Assembly (NCBI GenBank): GCA_950097015.1
Contig: CATNEN010000039.1
Span: 20,150,001 to 20,214,000, forward strand
Length of the DNA stretch: 64,000 nt
Direction: 5' to 3'
Origin: Macrostomum hystrix
Taxonomy: Eukaryota > Animalia > Platyhelminthes
Each line of letters starts with the position of its first letter. Within the stretch, counting starts at the first letter, position 1. A program made the position numbers and the translations under genes. The notes below the pieces were generated by a model, which saw nothing but the letters and a program-made list of their open reading frames with translations, was not told the DNA's origin and ran no database searches. Shown piece after piece: positions 50,401-63,600 of this stretch.

Positions 50401-51249
50401 GTGGAAAAATATAAGAGTAGAAGTGTGGGCAAGATAATGATTATAAGTAGATCGAATGATTTTAGAAGTATACCATTTAGGAATAGCATATAATATTTAG
50501 GAGTAATCATATTTAAATTTAGGATAGTAGCCAAGGGCAACTTAAGAGAAACTGCAGTAGTGGAGGCAGGTGTGTCTACCTGCTAGTTTTTTATGAGTTT
50601 CTTGGAAAGCTCCCAAAGTGTTTTTTTTCTCTTCGACATTCTGTACCCGGTCCGGCCTGGCAGTCGCCTATTTATTGTTATAATTCAACGAAGCTGTGGC
50701 TGGGCTATTTTTTGCTTAAATTGTTACACTTATTTTATATTTAATCAGTGCCGACAATTAATGATCTATTCGATTTGTTATGATTTCGTGAAAAAGCAGT
50801 AAGAAATAATTTTTACCCTCTTTTATATAAATCTTAATTTAAATTTATTTTTAACTACGATTTTCGTTTTAAATTGTCTCCCTCAAATCTATTCCACATA
50901 AATGCTTCCCTACTTGCTTAACTGCTTATACATCTCATTTAGTATTACTGTGCTCGGATTAATTCGCGATTAAAAACAAAAAAATAAGCATACCTAGTGG
51001 GGAACAATAAACTTAATTTGTTGTTTAATCGCGCAAAATCACTTTTATTTGTCTCCTTTTATACTAAAGGTCTGGCTAACAGTTTCTAAAAAAACACGAC
51101 ACCTAAGGTGATTCATTTGATTTAAAATTATTTTTTGCTTTTGGGACAGAGCCTAGATCCCATGCCTTGGTTTGCCTTCTGAGCACACATCCTCGGGTAA
51201 TATATTAACTTTCATACTTCAATAACTTTCAAGGTTTTCACCTTCTAGA

Positions 51250-51900
51250 ACTTTACCTGCCAAAAATTACCTTCCGTGGATTCCCCTCCAATAATTACCT
51301 TTCAAGAATTACCTTTAAACCTGAAGTATTGATTACCTTCCAATAATTTCCCTTCCAATGATTAACCGTCCAAGAATTACCTTTCAGGGATTACATTCCA
51401 AAAGGATTAACCTTCCAAAAGGATTAACCTTCCAAGGATTAACCTTCCAAAAGTATTAACCTTCCAAGGATAAACTTTTCAAAAGGATTAACCTTCCAAA
51501 AGGATTAAACTTCCAAAAGGATTAAACTTCCAAAAGGATTAACCTTCCAAAAGGATTAACCTTCCAAAAGGATTAACCTTCCAAAAGGATTAACATTCCA
51601 AGGAATAACCTTCCAAAAGGATTAACCTTCCAAAAGGATTAACCTTTCAAAAGGATTAAACTTCCAAAAGGATTAACCTTCCAAAAGGATTAACATTCCA
51701 AGGAATAACCTTCCAAAAGGATTAACATTTAAAGGATTAACCTACCAAGGATTAACTTGCCTAGGATAAGCCTTCCGAGGATTATAACCTTCAAATAATT
51801 AAGCTTCCAAGGATTAACCTTCCAAGGATAGCCTTTCAATGAAGGCTATTTGAATGAATTATTTAACTTCCCTGGTTTAACTGTCAAAGGATTAACTATT
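51250..51900. repeat. 17-bp minisatellite (aaccttccaaaaggatt)
   Basis: Homogeneous core at about 51400-51730 with degenerate flanks. Confidence 0.9.
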
Positions 51901-52386
51901 TTTTTCGAGGTTTCGACGAGGTTTTTGCGAGGAGCCTTAGGATAATCCCAATTTAGATTGGTGCAATTTTATTGCTTTACTCATATCTCGCGAGGAGTTT
52001 CACATGGAAATTTGCCAAGAGCTTCGGAAATTCGGCTAATTAAACGGTAACCAAAATCTTCGAGCGTAATTTGATTTCACATTCATTTCAACGCACAGCT
52101 GAGCTATGTAGATTTAACTTAGAAGCCACATGACAACCTAGATTACAGGCAAGGCAGATTGAATGAAAACTTTTCTTCTGACTTAATAAATCAAACAAGC
52201 GTAATCTGTTGGTTTTGTGGCGAACTGGCTTCCAATTTAGCATAGTACGTTCAAAGACAGACGGCAAAAAATTCTGTTCTGATAAGATCAGAAATATAAA
52301 TTGAAAATCAAGAGAGCCGCTCTGTTTAACAGCGAGTCTTCACTGTCTTCAAAAGCGCAGAAAAAAAAATTAATTTTTAAGAAAAA

Positions 52387-55300
52387 ATGAGCCACTCCTT
52401 GACTATTGAGCTGAACTGGGTTGACTACCTGGTTATCGGAGTTTATCTGCTAGTCACGTTCGCCATTGGCATTGTTGTAAGTCGCAAAGGAGTGCTATGA
52501 TCGATGTGGTAGAGTATTAGTTTACTATAACAGTTTTTACTGACAAATCAGTAAAATGGAATCCTTCTTACCCATAGACAGGGTGCAACAAACATTTAGT
52601 CTGAACGCGCAGCAATACCATTTGGTGCACGCTCAAAATGTCTATGGCCCAAATTTATGGGCAGTTTAGCTAGACAGATGTACGAGCGTAACAAGTCGTG
52701 GCCATAGACATTCAAGGCCTGCAATAAACGGCTTTCATTGACCTGCATACCAAAAACGATACAATAATTAGAGACAGTCAACTTCTACTAAATAGAAGAA
52801 GTAGTTTAGTCTTCTACTACTAGATTCAGCACAGTTCAGTATACTAGAGCTATGACTAGATTCAGCACAGTTCAGTATACTAGAGCTATGACTAGATTCA
52901 GCACAGTTCAGTATACTAGAGCTATGACTAGATTCAGCACAGTTCAGTATACTAGAGCTATGACTAGATTCAGCACAGTTCAGTATACTAGAGCTATGAC
53001 TAGATTCAGCACAGTTCAGTATACTAGAGCTATGACTAGATTCAGCACAGTTCAGTATACTAGAGCTATGACTAGATTCAGCACAGTTCAGCATACTAGA
53101 GCTATGACTAGATTCAGCACAGTTCAGCATACTAGAGCTATGACTAGATTCAGCACAGTTCAGTATACTAGAGCTATGACTATATTCAGCACAGTTCAGC
53201 ATACTAGAGCTGGATACAAAGTGCAAAACCTACTTCTGCATCCGTATGCCATCATTTAAAAGTCCGCCATCCGAGAGCAGCGAAAGTCCAACACGTCGTC
53301 AGCTAGCTACTTCTTGGCCGGCCGCAGCATGTCCTGGTGGACGGTGAGACTGGATTCGGTGCATTGTTAAGATCGAATTTAAATTAGACCATACACGGTG
53401 TTTTATAGTTGTCATTAACACCCACAGATTGCCCTGTCCCTGTACATGAGCAACATAGGCAGCAACACGTTCATTGGTACAGCCGGTTCAGCGGCTGCTA
53501 ACGGCTTTGGCGTTCTCTGTTACGAATTTGTCGGCATTTACAGCTTGCTGCTTCTGGCCTACCTGTTTGTGCCCATCTACCTAACCTCTGGGGTGAGATT
53601 GTCTGATTGTAATTGATCTGATCTGCTACCTGACTAATTGGTGTGATCTACCTGACCTAATTGGTGTGATCTACCTGACTAATTGATGTGATCTACCTGA
53701 CCTAATTGGTGTGATCTACCTGACCTAATTGGAGTGATCTACCTGACCTTACTGATGTGATCTAACTGACCTAATCGGTGTGATCTACCTAACAATAGTA
53801 ATATAATCTGCAAATCGTTCACACAGGCCTTCACAATGCCAGAGTACATTAAGAAGCGCTTCGGAGGACAGCGAATGCAGATCCTGTTAGCCGTGCAGTC
53901 TCTGCTTATGTACGTCTTTGCCAAGCTGTCGGTGAGTTAGTGAGTTTCCGCCCAAACTTTGCCGCACCATCCGTTCACCCCATCGATATTGATTAATATC
54001 AATATCAAGAGCCTCACCTCACCGCCACCCAGCTGGAGGTGTACGCCGGCTCGCTGATCATCCAGAACACAATGGGCTGGGACCAGGTTGTGTCAATCAC
54101 GGTGCTGCTGCTGATGACAGCTGTGTACACCATGGTTGGCGGCCTGACCACCGTCATCATCACGGACGCTGTGCAGGGCATCATTGTCGTGCTGGGTGCT
54201 GGCGCCCTGGCGATCATGAGCATCAACTCAATTGGCGGTCTCGGCAATCTGCAGAGCCGCTTCCTGGCCTCCTATCCGGCTGACTACGACAACTCGACCG
54301 GCTGCGGCGCCCCGGATCCGCAGGCGTTTCACATGCTGCGTGACATCGCCGACTCTGACTATCCGTGGCTCGGCGCCTTCTTTGGAGCCAATATCCTGTC
54401 TGCCTGGCACTGGTGCACCGATCAGCTGTTTGTTCAGCGAACCCTTGCGGCCCGCAGCCTTCAGCACGCCAAGGTTTCCTGTTTCTTTGGCTCATATAGT
54501 AATATATAATAACTGAGTAAACCTGCCCCCAATTGGGCCAGATGTGCAGCCGACACAGCTGCAGCTATTGCGCGGCGCATCTGAATGCTGCGTATAGCTT
54601 TTCAGTCCGTGGACTGGGGGGGACGCCACACCCACCCTCAATTACCCCAGCTGATGCTGGTCTTGCTGCATTAGCTGTGTCTTGCTCCTGTGGAGTCGGG
54701 AATCGAGCACCCGACCTTCAAGTCGTGATTCAGACTCTAACCACTAAGCGACAACCGCCTTAGCCATTTTCATAATAGTTTTTGGTTTTCAACTTCTACT
54801 CGTATTTCAAACTAATTAAATTCAATTTCGCCTGAGGGGAGGAGGATGCAGAGCGGTAGGATGGGAGTGGCAGAGCGGTTATCTCGTTTGCCCCTCGCGC
54901 CAAGGTCCCTGAGCTCGATTCCGCGGCGAGGCCACATTCATTTGGGACGCAGTCGCCTAGAGAAGGCTTGGGGGCCAGAAAGCACATTTCCACGCATCTA
55001 AACTACATTCTTGTACGTCTCAGTAGCATTCAGAACACATTCTCCGCACATTCCTAGGCCGGCAGCGTGGCCGCAGGATTCCTAAAGACCCTGCCGCTGC
55101 TGCTGATGATCATCCCAGGCATGGTCAGTCGGATTCACTATGCGGACATTGTTGCCTGCGTCAACTCCACCGCCTGCCAGCAGTTTTGCGGCATCGCCGA
55201 GGGCTGCAGCAACGTCGCGTACATCGAGATCATCAAGCAGATGCTGCCAGCCGGTGTTCGCGGCGTTATGATCGCCGCGATGTTGGCCGCCCTAATCTCG

Positions 55301-56901
55301 TCCATCACGTCGATCTTCAACAGTGGCAGTACACTGTTCACCATCGACTTGTGGGTGCGCGTGCGACCTGCTGCCAGCGAGGTCGAAAAAGTCATCGTTG
55401 GCAGGTGATTGCAGCAGTTTGCATTTGACTATTTCGGTTTATTTTCAATGCTTGCACAACTCCTTACGTTCAGCAAGAACTACAATGCTAGAAACGTCAA
55501 GCATCTAAACAGCACGCGGCGCCTCCGAAGGCTGCGTGCAGCTGTTCAGTCTGTGGACTGGAAAAGCCGCTACATTCACTCAAATTTCTACTTCAATTAA
55601 GGATGAAACCCATTTTATGGCTGGATGAGATGAAAAACTATTGAAATAATTGTCCTTGAAATTGCCCTAAAAATGACACAGGTGTGTCTATGGCCAAAAC
55701 TAATTTCCAACCAACCTAACCTTGTCCAGAGTGTTTATCGTGGCTCTCACAGTGATTGGTGTTCTATGGCTGCCGATTGTACGCACTAGCGGTGGCGGCC
55801 AACTGGTAATCTATGCTCAGTCGGTGACGTCATACCTCACACCGCCGATTCTGACCGTCTTCCTGATGGCCAGCCTGTGGCCGCGCACTACTGAACCGGT
55901 GAGTTGGCAGCAGTATGAAAGTGTCAGCCTGTACTTTTTCCTGTGCCTACTTTCAGAACCACAACTTCGAATGTAGGGAGTGTTCTGGGGCTTGCTGGTC
56001 TCCATGCTGATCGGCATCGCCTGGATGGCGCTCAACTTTGTCTTCCCGCCGCCCCAGTGCGGCCAGCGTGACACCCGACCGGCGGTTATCGCCCAGCTGC
56101 ACTTTCTGCACTTTGCCATTGCCCTGTTTGCCTTCTCAGCTCTGCTCATGACCGTCATATCCCTGTTCACCAAGCCGCTGGACAGGAAACAGGTGTGTGT
56201 TTCCTCTTATGCGGCTAATTCAGGTATCACTACTACCAATGATGCAACTACTGCGAATAATAATACTACGATTCCTTCCACTGCTACCACTAATACCTCG
56301 TAATACTCGTACTACCACCACTGCGATCACTACTCCACCAGTACAAATTATACGACTACTTTTGATCGTAGACGGTCACGTCCATGTAGCTTGACCTCGA
56401 AAAAAATTGCAGCTCATTAGTCTCACCTGGCTGACGCAGGAGCAGCCGGCCCGGACAACTGAAGAACCGGCTGTGGTAGCCTCACACCCGCCCAGCAACG
56501 AGTCTTCTCCTCTTCAGTTGACCGAGCCACATCAGCCGGAACAACCGGCCGCCGCTGACGACTTCGAGCTCAAGAAGCTGGCCGCTCCGGCCAACGAGGA
56601 TCCAGCCATCCCGACTGTAACGGCTGCTTCAGAAGACCAAGACTACATGGACGTGACCGTCTACGAGCCGACCCACCGACGCGCCCTTCGCTTCTTCCTG
56701 CGCTGGTTCTGCGGCTTCTCCGGCGAGGATAGCCAGCTGAGCGCCGAGGATCGAAAGGCGGCTGACGCGGCCGAAGCCGCCGAGCGGGCCCGCCAGCTGG
56801 TGTACGAGATGAAAGGCGGCACCGCCTGGGACCGGGTCGTGGACTGCTCTGCGCTGCTGCTCTTCGCAGTTGGCAGTTTTCTCTGGGGCCTGTTGGCTTG
56901 A
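52387..56901 (+). CDS. Sodium:solute symporter, SLC5 family (SGLT/SMIT-like), about 700 aa
   Basis: Exons 52387-52476, 53263-53343, 53428-53592, 53827-53931, 54033-54473, 55058-55404, 55730-55898, 55977-56192, 56413-56901, phase-consistent. [62 protein letters not shown]. Confidence 0.95.
52818..53212. repeat. 36-bp minisatellite (tagattcagcacagttcagtatactagagctatgac), SLC5 intron 1
   Basis: About 11 contiguous copies, no spacers. Confidence 0.95.
53615..53790. repeat. 22-23-bp minisatellite (tgatctacctgacctaattggtg), SLC5 intron 3
   Basis: About 7-8 copies. Confidence 0.85.
54530..54761 (-). mobile_element. SINE family B copy (internally deleted)
   Basis: Shares head (gtcgggaatcga...ccgaccttcaagtc) and tail (gcagccgac...gcagctattgcgc) with 11917-12229. 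Confidence 0.8.
54860..54975 (+). mobile_element. SINE family A, 5' fragment
   Basis: gtggcagagcggtta...gctcgattccgcggcgaggccacattcatttggg. Confidence 0.8.
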
Positions 56902-57269
56902 GCTGCTCAAATGCTTATCTTTTACTCTCTAGTAGGCTACAATGATAAATATAACTAATTTGCTAAAATCAGCAGCGAGTTTTTATTCGCCAAATAAAAG
57001 AGTAGTAATTCACTATCGAAAAAGTTTATATCTACTGAATTTCTCAGAAATACGATCCTAAATTTCAGATAATGATTTCTCCTTTAAATAAAGAACTGTA
57101 GCAACAGTAGAATACCAAGTCAAAGCACAATCAAAGGACTTCAACTTTATAATTTTTAATCAGGTTAATGTATTACTGCATGTGTTCTGTATAAAATGCA
57201 TGACTACTTAAATGATCACTGAATTACAAATACTAAAAAGCTGAATTTGTGTTATTTTGCCACTTCTGA

Positions 57270-57770
57270 ACAGTCAAATCCCTACAAGTGTTTAGACACC
57301 TCAGAACAGTCCAATCCAAGCGTTTAGACACCTCTGAACAGTCCAATCCAAGCGTCTAGACACCTCAGAACAGTCCAATCCAAGCGTCTAGACACCTCTG
57401 AACAGTCCAATCCAAGCGTCTAGACACCTCAGAACAGTCCAATCCAAGCGTCTAGACACCTCTGAACAGTCCAATCCAAGTGTTTAGACACCTCAGAACA
57501 GTCCAATCCAAGCGTCTAGACACCTCAGAACAGTCCAATCCAAGCGTCTAGACACCTCTGAACAGTCCAATCCAAGCGTCTAGACACCTCTGAACAGTCC
57601 AATCCAAGCGTCTAGACACCTCAGAACAGTCCAATCCAAGCGTCTAGACACCTCAGAACAGTCCAATCCAAGCGTCTAGACACCTCAGAACAGTCCAATC
57701 CAAGCGTCTAGACACCTCAGAACAGTCCTATCCAAGCGTCTAGAGACTCTAGACACCTCAGAACAGTCCA
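57270..57770. repeat. 32-bp minisatellite (gaacagtccaatccaagcgtctagacacctca)
   Basis: About 15 copies. Confidence 0.95.
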
Positions 57771-57835
57771 ATTCCTCCACCCCAGACAAGCGTCGAAACA
57801 CCCCATGAAACTGTCTGCACCTGAATGCCAGGCGC

Positions 57836-59813
57836 TCACACTCCGGTCAGCCACTGGGAGGCGTACAAAAGTGCGCACAGTAGCTGTATGAACATGGACA
57901 CACTGGCGGAGAAGAGCATGACTGTATTGAATACCCGGCAATTAGTCAGGAACCGTTTGTTGTCGCCATGCAGTGCTATGGAGAGGCCGCAGTACACGGT
58001 AGAGCTGAGCAGTGCTAAAGCCACCAGGACCGCCAGCCAGTCGTCCAAGGAGAACTTATCGATGAAGGACCTCTGATTGAAGCGATTTTAAACGATAAAT
58101 ACATGGAGAAATAACAATTTTTACTTTTTCACGATTACATCCGCAACTAGCAGTCTGGTATTGCCATAGAGGGTGAGTGGCGGAAAGGTTAACGCATTTC
58201 CTCCCGCAGTAAGGTGCCAAAGCTCGAATCTGCGGTGAGGCCACACTCATTTTGGATGCAGCCGCGTAGAGAAAGCATAAGGGCTCTCTACTATCCCAAC
58301 CATCCGCCCAACCATCCGCCCTACCACCCGCCCCAACCATCCGCCCAACTATCCGCCCAACTATCCGCCCCAACCATCCGCCCAACTATCCGCCCAACTA
58401 TCCGCCCAACTATCCGCTCTACCACCCGCCCCAACCATCCGCCCAACCATCCGCCCAACTATCCGCCCTACCACCCGCCCCAACCATCCGCCCAACCATC
58501 CGCCCAACCATCCGCCCAACCATCCGCCCAACCATCCGCCCAACCATGCATCTGCCCAACTATCCGCCCTACCACCCGCCCCAACCATCCGCCCAACTAT
58601 CCGCCCAATTATCCGCCCCAACCATCCGCCCAACTATCCACCCAACTATCCGCCCAACTATCCGCTCTACCACCCGCCCGTAACCATCCGCCCAACCATC
58701 CGCCCAACCATCCGCCCAACTATCCGCCCAACTATCCGCCCAACCATGCATCCGCCCAACTATCCGCCCTACCACCCGCCCCAACCATCCGCCCCAACCA
58801 TCCACCCAACTATCCGCCAAACCATCCGCTGAACTATCCGCCCAACCATCCGCCCAACCATCCGCCCAACCATCCGCCCAACCATCCCCCCAACTATCCG
58901 CCCAACCATCCGCACAACTATCCGCCCAACCATCCGCCCAACTATCCGCCCAACTATCCGCCCAACTATCCGCCCAACTATCCGCTCTACCACCCGCCCC
59001 AACCATCCGCCCAACCATCCGCCCAACCATCCGCCCAACTATCCGCCCAACTATCCGCTCTACCACCCGCCCCAACCATCCGCCCAACCATCCGCCCAAC
59101 CATCCGCCCAACCATCCCCCCAACTATCCGCCCAACTATCCGCCCAACTATCCGCCCAACTATCCGCCCTACCACCCGCCCCAACCATCCGCCCAACCAT
59201 CCGCCCAACTATCCGCCCTACCACCCGCCCCAACCATCCGCCCAACTATCCGCCAAACCATCCGCTGAACTATCCGCCCAACCATCCGCCCAACCATCCG
59301 CCCAACCATCCGCCCAACCATCCCCCCAACTATCCGCCCAACCATCCGCACAACTATCCGCCCAACCATCCGCCCAACTATCCTCCCAACTATCCGCCCA
59401 ACTATCCGCCCAACTATCCGCCCAACTATCCGCCCAACCATCCGCCCAACCATCCGCCCAACTATCCGCCCAACCATCCCCCCAACTATCCGCCCAACCA
59501 TCCGCACAACTATCCGCCCAACCATCCGCCCAGCTATCCGCCCAGCTATCCGCCCAGCTATCCGCCCAACCATCCGCACAACTATCCGCCCAGCTATCTA
59601 CCCAGCTATTCGCTATAATATCAGGGAAATATGGGTTGGTTGCTGGTTATCATCTCCCTAGATTCTGCCTTCAGAGAATAAGTACACCAGCCTTACCGTG
59701 ATGTGCATCCTCATGCTAATGCGCCTGTCGGAGCCCTTTGAAGCCAGCGAGATCAGGTCCGGCTCAATGTCAGTGTCCATTTCGACCTGCTGATCTTGCT
59801 CATTTTTTACCAT
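57836..59813 (-). CDS. Putative small two-TM protein of about 117 aa, no recognisable family
   Basis: Exons 59813-59697 (donor ACG|gtaagg) and 58072-57836 (acceptor ttcaatcag) join in phase 0; two hydrophobic stretches; an upstream in-frame ATG exists at 59945. Confidence 0.6.
58170..58285 (+). mobile_element. SINE family A, diverged 5' fragment
   Basis: gggtgagtggcggaaaggttaacgc...gctcgaatc...gaggccacactcattttgg. Confidence 0.7.
58292..59610. repeat. 12-bp minisatellite (ccaaccatccgc / ccaactatccgc)
   Basis: More than 100 copies with interspersed variants. Confidence 0.95.
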
Positions 59814-60662
59814 CCTAGGTTCTTCTTGGGTAGAGGACTGGTTGTTTGTTAGGGAGTTAAATGAGTTAAGAAGCGGTAACAAATTACCCTCTGTACTTGG
59901 TGTATGAAGACTTCTAAGCATTATGCACACAGTCGTGATATTCATGCCCTAATACATCTTTACTCTATCACCAAAATGCCTTCGATGATATAAATAAGCA
60001 TTCATTTGTCTGCACTTGTTCTTTCTTGTTCTCTCATGTTCATTGCTGGATGTGTTACAAGTTATCTATGGCACTAAACCCCTGTTACATTAATATCCCT
60101 CTAAGCCTATAAGACCGTAGTGCTCCTTATATATATTACAATTATCGATATCTTTAATCGATTTTTTGTATTGCTATATAAACGTTCCGAATTAACAAAG
60201 CAAGTACTTGCGAATAAAACAATATTATTTATTTTTAAAACTTCGTGCGTTTTAAAATTAAAAAAAAAACTTCCAGCGTGAGCATCACAGCTCACTTGTC
60301 GAGGCAATTTTATCGCGTCAGTGGCACAGTGTAGGGGCAGTGTTCGAAAGCATTTTAACGTACAAAAGGAATAAAAACAATAATGTTAAGAGTCGGAATG
60401 TGTACCCTCGTATTTGCAAAAGCATTTAAATTTGAACTTCCTGAAAGCGTAGAAAGACGAGCACAGAAGTGCATCGAAATTGTTGCTGGACGAGGGCAGA
60501 CAGAGGTAATAACAAATTAACCCATGACACGTGCAGCTAGTTCAAGCAGAGGTTGAAAATGTGAAAATCTACAGCCTTAATAAATATATACTTTTATTTA
60601 ATATGCAGTAGAGTTTCATTACTCTTCAATATCTTTCGGTGAATATAAAATGACTAAAAAGT

Positions 60663-63600
60663 TCAAATTTCACTGGTGCTGCCGCCACCGCCACCGCCGC
60701 CGCCGCCGCTCAGTATGGAGTGCAGCGATGCGCTCGTTAGGTAGCCGGGATTCGAATGGCTTAGACTGTTGAGGTCACGGCTCTGTGAGTGAAAACAATA
60801 ATACAAGTGTAATTGCAGGAGGGCTGTGGAAAATGACACATTATCTCGGGGATGATGGCTAAAAATGCTTGACATGTTTTTTGTTCAACTCATTCAAGTT
60901 CAGATCAATGTGTAAAAGCAAAGGTTTTATTTCAACTAACCTGCGCCAAAGCACCTGAGCTGTTGTTCTGAGCCTCATCAATCGGAAACACGTCCGTGTA
61001 CTTGATCAGCTTTCCCGGATCTAGGTAGAAATGGCGCAGCGAGTCCAGACGCTCTAGGTAGGGCGCCATCAGCAGTCTGTGGCTGAAGAAAACCAATGTC
61101 CTTAAATAAGTGCCCATTTACGAGCATATGAGCCCTGGCATTCTATCAGTCGGTAAGGGACCTCCTATCTATGTCGTCTCTTCCCAACTAAAGCTTAAAT
61201 CTCGGGGGGGGGTGAGTGGCAGAACGGTCAAACGCGTTTGCCTTTCGCACCAAGGTTCATGAGCTCGATCCGCGGCAATTAAGCCGCATTCATTTGGGGC
61301 GAAACCGCGGAGAGAAGGTACGGAGGCTTGTCGTGCAATTTACGCCCTTAAGGGCCAACCTCCAAGGCACAGTGAGAGTGTACACTGGCCTGACGATGAG
61401 AAAGTCAGGGCAGATGTACACAACTATGTCATTGTGTTCTCAGGAGTTAGTGAAATGGGCCGAATCGCCCGTAGTAATAGTAATAATCTGCAATTATAAA
61501 TACTATTATTAAAGTTCCAATTTCACAATCTCACCAGGGTAGAGCCGGGCCCCACTTGTAGGACGGAATCGACAAGCCAAGCAGCCGCTGGCGCCACGAA
61601 GTTTCCGACGGCTCCGCCAGGATTTTAGCCAGCACGACGCCCAGAATGATGACAACCGTGGTTACGGCGATTAACCAGCCCAGAGCGTCAGCCCAGGCGG
61701 GATAATAATCCCCTTTGCCCGGTGTGTACTCTGTGCGACTGTAATCAGCCCAGTTGAATATAATGATGAACAGGATTAGAGCCGGGGATATGTACTGCCA
61801 CAGATATCGCCAGATTGGTCTGCAATGAAATACGCAATACGTTCCAAGCATCTGTTTGCTTTCTACTGTTTGCTTGGCAAGTATTTTTTGCTTTCACATT
61901 TAAAAAATAGAAATAGTACTAGTGCTTTAAACAATAGATATACCGTAAATGGCACTTACAGCTATAACGAAGGCTGTGTACAGCTTTTCAGTTTCTGGAC
62001 TCTTCAGTCTTTTCAGTCGTAAAGCAACGGGGAATTTATTGCTTATGAAGGAGAAAAAATATATTTATCAGGTTGAGATTTGAACTCTCGACCTCTTAGT
62101 TAGAAGTTTGAAACTCAAACCAAGAGGCTTTCAAGAAACTTCTTAAAAGTCGGTTGCGTCCGTGCACTTTGCAGTGTAGATACGCCCTGCCCTCATGCGT
62201 GTCACACGGTATGCTGAGATACTCGTAAAAGGCTCCCCTTCTGTTTTATCAGTTGCGTCATTTGTTTGCTTGTCTCTACCTAATCGTTGTTTGTCGCGCG
62301 CTGATTGGCTGTCAGCATGGCTGTGCCATCCCTGGCTGGCCCTCGCCCTTGGTCTCCCCTACCTGCCATCCCCAGCTGCGCAGTGATTGGCCAGTGGGTG
62401 GCTGGGTTGGGCTGGTGGGGCGGGTGGCCATGGGTGAACCGTTCTGCGCGGTTCTATGGGAGTTGCTTCTTACGCCTTTTCTCGCTCTACTCTGCAAGAC
62501 AGTGTCCCTGCGAAGAATGTTGACTTTAGACCTGCAACCTGCCGTACAACCTACAACATCTGACCGAAATAAATCGCATCCACTCTGACTGGCCCTTAGA
62601 TTACAAGATTACAACAGACCAAATTCTAGAAATCTGTCTCAGGTTTACAAGCTCACGAGATTGGTCTCCGCATCATTAGTGCTATATCCTCGCTGAATCG
62701 GTGAAAACTGGCAAAGCCGGGCCGGCCGTACACCCAGCCGACTGTGATGCACTCGCAGAAGCCAATCAGCAGAATTGTCCAGCTTCCAGCGTAGCTGTCA
62801 ACAATTTTCAGCAGGTAGAGGCCGCCAGCGCAGGTGAATGGAAGGCCCAGTAGAAACAGCACGATGCAAATCAGGCATATGAGTACTGGTTTGTGGCGTC
62901 GAAGAAATCGAAAATGATCGCACAGGGAGGTTATAAGAGTTTCCACCATGGCGAACTGAAGATGCGGATGTGGAGGTGACTTAGTTGTACGTTTGGGAGT
63001 GATTTTCAGCACACTTGTAGTAGTAATAATTCCAAGGTTTCCAATAATCCCAAGGTTTCTAATAGTCAAAATAATAATAATAATACTATTAATTACAGGA
63101 GGGCTGCGGGCAATGGCACATCATTTAGTGACACTAGACCCTCAGCCAGCCAGGAGGCAATTCCGCCCATTTCGCTGACTCCTGAGCACACACGCACACA
63201 GATACCGTACGCAGGCACACGTGCACACAGGTGCGTACATCTGCCCTGACTTTCGCATCGTCAGGCAGTGTACACTCTCACTGTGCCTTAGAGGTTGGCC
63301 CTCAAGGGCGTAAATTGCACGGCAAGCCACCAAGCCTTCTCTCCGCGGCTGCGCCCCAAATGAATGTGGCCTCGCCGTGGAATCGAACTTAGGAACCTTG
63401 GCACGTGACGCAAACGTGTTAACCGCTCTGCCACCGACCCCCCTAATAATCCCAAGGTTTCCAATAATCCCTAGGTTTCCAATGATCCCAAGGTTTCCAA
63501 TGATCCCAAGGTTTCCAATGATCCCAAGGTTTCCAATGATCCCAAGGTTTCCAATGATCCCAAGGCTTCCAACGACCCCAAGGTTCGTTCGCTTCAATTC

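Noticed and set aside
58214-59701. 495-aa Pro/Asn-rich ORF
   Set aside because: Starts in a SINE fragment and reads through the 12-bp array.
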